From: Octopus vulgaris
Lineage: Eukaryota
Direction: 5' to 3'
Assembly: GCA_951406725.2 (NCBI GenBank)
Contig: OX597825.1
Location: 52,886,001-52,950,000, forward strand
Length of the DNA stretch: 64,000 nucleotides
Under the pieces are notes generated by a model that was not told the DNA's origin, did no database searches, and worked only from the letters and a program-made list of their open reading frames with translations. Shown one piece after another: positions 54,824 to 64,000 of the stretch. Numbering within the stretch: position 1 is the first letter of the stretch; every line of letters starts with the position of its first letter. The position numbers were made by a program, and so were the translations under genes.

Positions 54824-56036
54824 CAACGACATGAGCAACAGCGTGCCAAGGAGCGGCAAGATCAACAACTGGTCGAACATCAACAACAGCAACACTATCA
54901 ACGACGGTAGGGAATATAAGAACGACAACATCACGATTAAGGAGAAATTGGAAAGCGCAAGAAAGCAACTTTAACGACGCCTCTCCCATCGCCAGTAGAA
55001 TGGTATTCCCTACCAACGTCAGCACAGCCACCACCACAGCCACCACCGCTACCACCGCCACCGTCGCCACCGCCGTCGCTGCCACCACCATCAAAACTGC
55101 GACGAGTAGGAGAAATATATTATTAAAACTAACCATTCTCTCAATTGCAGGCTAACTCTGTAAAATAACATTAATTTCTGTCTCTGACTCCTCCCCCTCT
55201 CCCTCTTACATAATCTTTTGCTCTCTTTCTCTTTCTCTTTCTCCTCTGTCCGTTCGAAAATAATTCTTCTCTCTTGGATGACTGAACTTTTGGTCTGATC
55301 TTTAACAAGCTGCCAGAATTTTTAAAACCAAGATCTCATATGCGAAACTAAATTTCCTGCTGGGGATACATATATCCTCTTCAACTAACTCTTATGTCTC
55401 ATGGACAGCTGATGTAGCGTCTTACAGAGACAACGGGATAGAATGAGAGTGAGAGAAAGAGAGTGAGAGAAAGAGAAAGTGAGAGAGAGAGAGAGAGAGA
55501 AAAGAGAGAGAGAGAGGGAGAAATTGTATAGTTTCATTATTAAAGGATATAACGTTAGAATTGATAGTCGGAATATATTTGCTTCAAGTAAACAGTTTTG
55601 CCATCAATGGCCACTTAATCTGGATAAAGAAAATTTCCTTGAGCCAAAAGAAGTGAGGGAAATATTGCCAGGACATAGATTATTTATCTATTTTCATTTG
55701 TTGATTGTTTTTCTCACTCCAACTTCTTGCCGTACGACTCCGCCATTATACAATGTTTCATATTCACTACTTCCGGCATTTTCCTTCAAATCTTTGTATC
55801 TTCTGTTTAAAGTCTTTCTTTATTTCCCTTTTTTCTTTTCATTTTCTTCCTCTGGACTCTTCTCGTTGAACAATTTTCACCGATTCCTTGTACTACACAC
55901 ACATGCATGTCCGCACTCAGATACTCATATACACACATGCACACCTGCGCGCAGATACTCATACACACACACATATTCACATACATATATATGTGTACTT
56001 GTGTGTGCATGTCTGTATACACACATACAAGCATCC

Positions 56037-56067
<31 letters not shown>

Positions 56068-56437
56068 AAGACGTGTATGATGTATATATATATATGTTTA
56101 TGTATACATATGTATGTATTTGTATATAAATATGTATGTAGATGTGTATTTGTCTATGTGTGTGTATGTATATATATATATATCTATCTCTCTCTCTCTA
56201 TATATATATACACACATATACAGATACACATATACACATATACATACATATATATACATATACATATACATATGTATACATAAACATATACATATATATA
56301 TATATAAAGACGTGTATGATGTATATATATATATGTATATGTTTATGTATACATATGTATGTATATGTATATATTTGTATGTATATGTGTATATGTGTAT
56401 CTGTCTATTTGTGTGTGTATATATATATATATAGATT

Positions 56438-56486
<49 letters not shown>

Positions 56487-57884
56487 GCATCTTCATGTAT
56501 GTTTGTGTGTGCGTGTGTAATAAACATACATATATACATACACGCATATATACACATATATTACCTATAATAGATATAATTATTGAAAGGAAGTTGAAAG
56601 TTTATATTTATTTATTAATCACAGCTGCTCCGGGAGATAATAGAGGGCAGCACTGAATATTTAAACAAAAATAACACAAGCGCCATTACTATTGAAGGAA
56701 ATGCCATATTTTGGTGTGATGCCCTGGACCGAAAATTTTACAATTATTTTCTTTAAACCTGAAGTCCCCTAGTCTTGACTTGAGCTAGATATTTTGCTGT
56801 TGTTGTTGTCACCGACTGTGTCGGTGGTGTTACCGTTGTCATTATTGTCATTGCTGATTTTGTTGTTGTTGTTGTTGATGTTGTTTTCTTTGTTTTTGTT
56901 ATTGTTACTGTCGTTGTTGCTTCCGGTTTTGTTGCTGTTGTTATTGTTGTTTAGTCTCAGAGTAAACCTGATTCAGCAAGCTCCATTCATGTAAATTCTT
57001 TCTGCGTCAAGACTTGTCTTCTCGGTCTGGGAATATTATACTCCATTGCTCAGCCTGGTTTTCTGTGAGTTCTGGTGGCCAGGCCAGAGATAGTAAAGAG
57101 CGGGCTCGGCCAGGAAACTTCAGTTGCTGGGTCTCTTCATATGCCACTGGTGGTATGCTTACAAGCGCATTGTTTGCAGCTAAAGAGGCTGTTGATATGG
57201 GGGTTGTGTAGTTTTATGTTTGTCTTAACTAAGTGCAGGTAAGTGTCTTTGAGGATGCTATTGTGTAATGTCACCAGTTATTGTAGATGTAACGTGTCTA
57301 TTTTAGGTTGCCAGGGATAATTGATGTTTACACATATAATGTCAGTGACTGTTGGGGTTCGAGCCTAGGAGTAGTAATTAGTTAGGAAACTCGAAGGGTG
57401 AACCCAATATAGGTAAGAAGAGTAAGGACGAGTGGGTCAGAAATGCCTGAGTAGTAGAAGTATGATTTCAGGCAGATCTGAGCAACAACAGACATTAATG
57501 TAACACCTTAAATAAGAGCAGATAAAGAGAGGAAAATACATATGCGGGAGAGTTTGTATCGTTCACTTGCACTGTCTCTTCTCTTTGCCTTTTCTACTGT
57601 TACTCTAATGTCCTCTATTCCTCGGATCAGTCTGAAGGAATTGTTGTAAATATCAACATCTGTAATTACTCATTCCAGAATTTGGAAACTGCAAATTCCA
57701 AGCAATAGAGCAGATTATGGTATGCTATAAAAGGCAACCAGAGGGGAGGCAATGTTTGCAGGTAAAGATAGGATTCTATCTATAAGTGACTTAAATGCCC
57801 ATCAATTAGGTGGCTTCTTCTGGATGTGGCTTAAGATGGCATGATCTATTATGGGTCGAATGGACCGGTGCTGCTTATTTCTCT

Positions 57885-58620
<736 letters not shown>

Positions 58621-58704
58621 CATTTTTTATTTTTACTGTGTCATCTGTATATATAAAGAATGCTGCGAAAGTGTAATTTATAACTCCGAATATATACTGT
58701 TTCA

Positions 58705-58736
<32 letters not shown>

Positions 58737-58799
58737 TGTGCATGCGCGCGCGCGTGTATGCGAGTGGTATACTTATATTGCCAAATATAATGTTTAGTT

Positions 58800-59509
58800 G
58801 TATTTGATATTCTCAGTGTTGCAGGTTAGAAAGAACACTAGATTTGGTAGATGTCGTTTTAATTTATCAGTTCAAAATCTGATTTGTAGACGATTGATGT
58901 AAGGGTGGAGAAGTTGGATAGTTGTGTCTTGGTAGCACCGAGTAACGTGAATGTATTGGTTTCTGTGTTTCCTCGTAAGTTTTACTTTTGTTTTGGAATT
59001 ATGGGGTAGGCAATGTAGGAATAAATTGAAAACTGTTTCAGGGAATGACAGATCCTTGTAGGACATTTTAATTAGATATAGATAGCCAGGGGTGGAGTGA
59101 ATTGTTTTGCTGATATTGAGGATATTCGCAATGGTGTATGTAGGGTTATCGTATGGTTTTGAAGGTATCGTGTATGTGATTAGCAGAAATGGCGTGAATT
59201 TAGAAAGAGGAACGTGTGTCAGTGATATCGATTTTTGGTTTTGTTTTAGGTTTCAGAATTGTTATAATTTTCACCAATTTTGAAATTTCAAGAATTTGGC
59301 AGTGCTGGAATGAATAATTAAAGATACTGATAATTGAAACAATTCCTCGCGTCCTTGGGTGATTAAGTGTATTGGGGAGTTAATGGACAACTACAGGAGG
59401 GTAATAGAAAGTTTGACAAGTTCGGTTTTAAAATGAATGTAAACGATTTGGGGCTCTTGCTCTTCACCAGACGCTGAGGAAAGAAAAAAGATTGACAGGC
59501 AGAAAACTG

Positions 59510-59557
<48 letters not shown>

Positions 59558-59573
59558 TTACGCACACACACAC

Positions 59574-59655
<82 letters not shown>

Positions 59656-61150
59656 GGCAGCGAGCAGGCAGAAACGTTAGCACGCCGGGTGAAATGCTTA
59701 GCGGTATTTCGTCTGCCGCTACGTTCTGAGTTCAAATTCCGCCGAGGTCGACTTTGCCTTTCATCCTTTCGGGGTCGATAAACTAAGTACCAGTTACGCA
59801 CACGGGTCGATGTAATCGATTAATCCCTCTGTCCTTGTTTGTCCCCTTTATGTTTAGCCCCTTGTGGGCAATAAACAAATAAGATAGATAGATAGATAGG
59901 TTGGTAGATTATCAGGCTGTTATAGTACAAAAAGAGGTTAGGGTATTGTCAGTAATGTTGTGGGAAAAAAGCATGACTTGTATATATTTGTGATTTTGTC
60001 GAGAGATATCTGAAGGTATGGTTGTTTTCATTTCTTTCTGGTGAGAAAAAAATGATCAGTAGATGGCGTAGATTGAAGCCGTGAGCATTGTGTCTCTGTA
60101 AAAATTGTTTAATATATGAGTGTAGTTGCTGCTAAATCGTTGTTATAGTACCAGAAGTTGTTATTGTGAGATGAGGTGTAGTGTGGCTGCTGATAGAGCT
60201 TGTTAATATTGTTAATTACTTTGTTAAAGTCATTAATGTTACTAATTACTTTGTAAAGTGTTTTATTGCTTGTTTATATGGTTAATTCTGGACACAAATA
60301 TTTACCAATTGTTATGCTTTATTTGGTTAATTCACTCTGTTTTCATTATTTAGTTTTCTTGATACCGAGTTTTATTTCTATTTTATTTGAAGTGTCCCCT
60401 GTTTTCTTTTTTTATTATTTGTATCAGATTGGTTATTTCAGTTATGTACTTCAGTTTGTATTTATTGATGTTCCCTTGTAGTAACTATGTTTAGAAGCTC
60501 CTAGAATCATTTTATCGAGTGTATTTACGGCAGTATCTATATCGGGGGACTGTGAACCTTAATTTTGTTTCTTTGGAAAAAGTGATTCCACTAAAAGTGA
60601 ATTCACTGTTTTATTTTTGGACATTGTAAAACTGTTTTCGATATGTTCGTGGTTGTCTGATAGTGTTGAGATGGTTCCGGGGAGTTGATGGAAGAAGGAG
60701 TGAATGGGTGTTAACATAGGGTTATGGATAGCTAAATGTGTAAAGTAGGAAGTGAGGGAAAAGCTGTTGTACTTATTATTGTTGATGTTATTAAACCACA
60801 GCCAATTCCTAATCAAGTAGCCCCATCAGGCCTTCCAGCCTTGAATATCTCGTAGTATTTTTCAGAGCACATATAACAATGTGTATTTCGCTTTTTTAGG
60901 TAATAGATTGAGATTTATAGAAGATTTCGAGTAGTTATTTCTGGTGAGTTGAATTTTCTTTATTTGTTCACATTTGTTTAGTTATCTTGTTAACGTATGT
61001 TGGTGTTTTACGTGGCTTATTTAATAAGTAAAAGAGATTTCCTTGTAATGCTATTATATCTCCTCTTGTGTTATCTGAACTGTTATTGTACCAGAATGTA
61101 CTTTTAAGATTAACGTGTTCCTCGAAAATTATGTTGCACGATATTTTCCC
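58800..61150 (-). mobile_element. Highly degenerate Penelope-like RT relic, interrupted by a SINE and microsatellites
   Basis: Minus-strand traces of 'FSTL(Y)T', K-H-K-like and 'G..(Y)QEP' motifs. Confidence 0.35.
59656..59884 (+). mobile_element. tRNA-derived SINE, family B, best-preserved copy (central domain resembles the Meta/MESC-type SINE core)
   Basis: GGCAGCGAGCAGGCAGAAACGTTAGCACG..GAGTTCAAATTCC..GAGGTCGACTTTGCCTTTCATCCTTTCGGGGTCGATAAA..GTACC, embedded in (GATA)n on both sides. Confidence 0.9.
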
Positions 61151-61190
61151 AGCTATAATGTGACTCATATTAATATGTTGCATGTTCTAA

Positions 61191-61365
61191 GGCGGCGAGC
61201 TGCTAGACTCGTTAGCACGCCAGGCAATATGCTTATCATATTTCGTCCGTGATTATGTTCCGAGGTCGACTTTCAAGGTTGATAAAATAAGTATCAGTTG
61301 GACACTGAGGTCAATGTAATCGAATTTCCCACTCCCCCCAAATTACTTGCCTTGGGCTAAAATAT
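61191..61365 (+). mobile_element. SINE family B, deleted
   Basis: 'ggcggcgagctg..cgttagcacgcc..gaggtcgacttt'. Confidence 0.78.
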
Positions 61366-61581
61366 AGTATCAATATACTGCATAATAAATTGATTTTGGG
61401 TGAGGCAAGTGTGCTATAAAAAAAGTCTGTTATAAAGTAAGACATGTTTTAGGGTAAATTTTTGTAAAAGAAATTTCACAAACGAGAATAATTTTTTCTG
61501 TATAAGGACAAGACAGGGCTAGTATTTAAAGTTTTTCTCTTCGTTTCATGCTCGTATTGTATAGGGGCAAGGATTTTGGTA

Positions 61582-61670
<89 letters not shown>

Positions 61671-61671
<1 letters not shown>

Positions 61672-62040
61672 GGCGCAGGAGTGGCTGTGTGGTAAGTATC
61701 TTGCTTACCAACCACATGGTTCATGTCTTCTACTATAGCCTCGGGCCGACCAAAGCCTTGTGAGTGGATTTGGTAGACGGAAACTGAAAGAAGCCCGTCG
61801 TATATATGTATATATATATGTATATGTGTGTATATGTTTCTGTGTCTTTGCTTGTCCCCCCACCAGTAACATCGCTTGATAATCGATGCTGGTGTGTTTA
61901 TGTCCTCGTAACTTAGCGGTTCGGCAAAAGAGACCGATAGAATAAGCACTAAGCTTACAAAGAATAAGTCCTGGGGTCGATTTGCTCGAATAAAGGTGGT
62001 GTTCCAGCATGACCGCAGTCAAATGAGTGAAGAGTAAGAG
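61671..62040 (+). mobile_element. SINE family A
   Basis: Colinear with the 26068 copy, with a ~35-bp deletion removing the CORE-like segment. Confidence 0.88.
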
Positions 62041-62822
62041 TATATATATATATATCTATACAAGCCTAAAAATTGCATGCGTATACACAGAGCAGGTAAA
62101 CACATCCAACATAGATACACACATAGACATAAAACATATGCACACTGACACAGACACACACACACACACAATGTAGACATCTGTAGTATTGACACCCCAT
62201 CAAAGAAGAGCTGACTCGAGTTTGACAAGATTCTTCAAGATTGTAACCACGTTGTATATCAAATATAGTGTCCTTCTCTGTACTTCTTATAAAGGCACAT
62301 ACATTATTGTTTAAGGTTTGGGGGACCAACATTCGTGAGGTTTTGAGTTCGAATCTTGTAATGAACTGTACGATGCGTCTTTGAGTAAGTTAGTTAATGA
62401 CACCTTATTCCGGTATAATCAACTGACAAAAATAAAGAGGGAACGAATGGTGCCCTGTTTAAGAGAATATCTGTCTCTCAACATAAATGCCTAGGAAATC
62501 CAGATAAGCTCGAGCCTCAAGAGTTTGTTGGGTTGAGGCAGACAAAATTTCTGTAACTTTTGACTCATTAGTTAAAATCGTATCTAATCATATCACATTT
62601 ATGATTCCTATTACATAGTGATTGCAAATTTGAAAAGTTAAAATTAAAATGTCCTTAAATTTATGAAATAACATCATCAATTGAACCATATTTTGTCCGG
62701 CGTGCAAACGATTCTTCCAGCTAGTTGCCTTGACAAATATGGTGATGATGATGATGAGTAATATGATAATGATAATAATGATGATGATGATGATAATTAT
62801 AATATTAATGATAATAATAATA

Positions 62823-62873
<51 letters not shown>

Positions 62874-63419
62874 GTGGTGATGATGATGATATCAATAGGA
62901 CTGTTATCAAAAGAAGATTGAATAGAGATGGTAATATATGATACAGAAGAGCACGTTAGAAGCAACTCAGGAAGACTCATTTCAGCAGCCAGAGGAGAGG
63001 AGAAAGATGCTATGGAGACGGAAAATGAATACGAGAAAAGAAGCAAACAGGATTGAGAAAGGAACGACTGGTGAAAAGAACTTCACGGTCAGTATCTCAG
63101 ACAAACGAATGACTCCATCAACGGGCAACAAAGGAACCACACAGATCCCCAACAACAGACTGATATACAAACACAACAACATCAACTAAACACACTCACC
63201 ACAAAGCGATAAGAAACATAAACAGAATTTGATGTCTTTCATCGCTAAAAGAAAAGCATTGTAACAGGGAAAGAGGTATTCAAGTGCTACAATTTCAAAG
63301 TGTCACGAAATTTGGAAATAATAATACTGGACTTGGGGACCAGAAATATTGAGAGAGAATTTCCCTAATGATTTTGCAAGTTCGAACGTAAATGCCAGCA
63401 CTAATCTCTTAGTAATTAA

Positions 63420-63632
63420 CCTTTCTACGATAAGCACAAAGTCTAAAATTTTGGAGGTGGGGGATAGTCGATTATATGAGCCCTAGTACTTGACCGATAC
63501 TTAATTTGTGGTCTCCGAAAGGATGAAAGACAAACTGGACCTTGCTGAAATTTGAACTCAGAACGTGAAGACGGATGAAAGGCCGCTAGGCATTTGCCCG
63601 GCGTGTTAAAGATTCTGTCATCTAGCTGCCTT
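63420..63632 (-). mobile_element. SINE family B
   Basis: Reverse complement of the head and core. Confidence 0.8.
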
Positions 63633-63660
63633 TAGGCTCGTATAATAATAATGATAACAC

Positions 63661-63756
<96 letters not shown>

Positions 63757-63757
63757 T

Positions 63758-64000
63758 AGGCGTAGGAGCAGCTGTGGTAATAGGCGTAGGAGCGGCTGTG
63801 TGGTTATAGGCGTAAGAGCGGCTGTGTGGTAAGTACCTTGCTTAGCAACCACATGGTTCCGGGTTCAGTCTCAGTGTGTGGCACCTTGGGCAAGTGTCTT
63901 CTACTATAGCCTCATGCCGACCAAATCCTTGTGAGTGGATTTGGTTGACGGAAACAGATTTATATGTATGTGTGTGTGTTTGTGTGTCTGTGTTTGTCCC
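63758..64000 (+). mobile_element. SINE family A with a reiterated 5' end, cut by the window edge
   Basis: 'aggcgta(g/a)gagc(a/g)gctgtg(tg)gt' three times, then a normal body. Confidence 0.85.

Noticed and set aside
57700-57830. 'ISDLNAH' AP-endonuclease-like motif
   Set aside because: Single short motif without a supporting frame. Possibly a LINE relic but not supportable.

Overview
This is AT-rich eukaryotic DNA made almost entirely of transposon relics and microsatellites, and I found no convincing host exon. The SINE families and the density of (TA)n/(TAA)n/(TATC)n tracts suggest an octopus/cephalopod genome (inference from recalled repeat families, not a search). The window holds three R4/Dong-clade non-LTR retrotransposons at (TAA)n tracts (one with a near-intact 723-aa RT+CCHC+restriction-like endonuclease frame), a Chapaev3-type transposon nested in one of them, and three mariners. 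It also holds hAT and pogo-like MITEs, degenerate Gypsy and hAT relics, several Penelope-like (PLE) fragments, and many copies of at least four tRNA-derived SINE families. The most interesting signal is non-coding: minimal type-I hammerhead-ribozyme motifs at 31.2-42.6 kb in unrelated repeats, showing C3-G8, G3-C8 and U3-A8 core pairs. One sits in a 588-bp retrozyme-like unit with a ~420-bp inverted arm, and one relic lies behind a tRNA (Pol III) head. Most long ORFs in the supplied track are microsatellite artefacts. Boundaries of degenerate elements are approximate.
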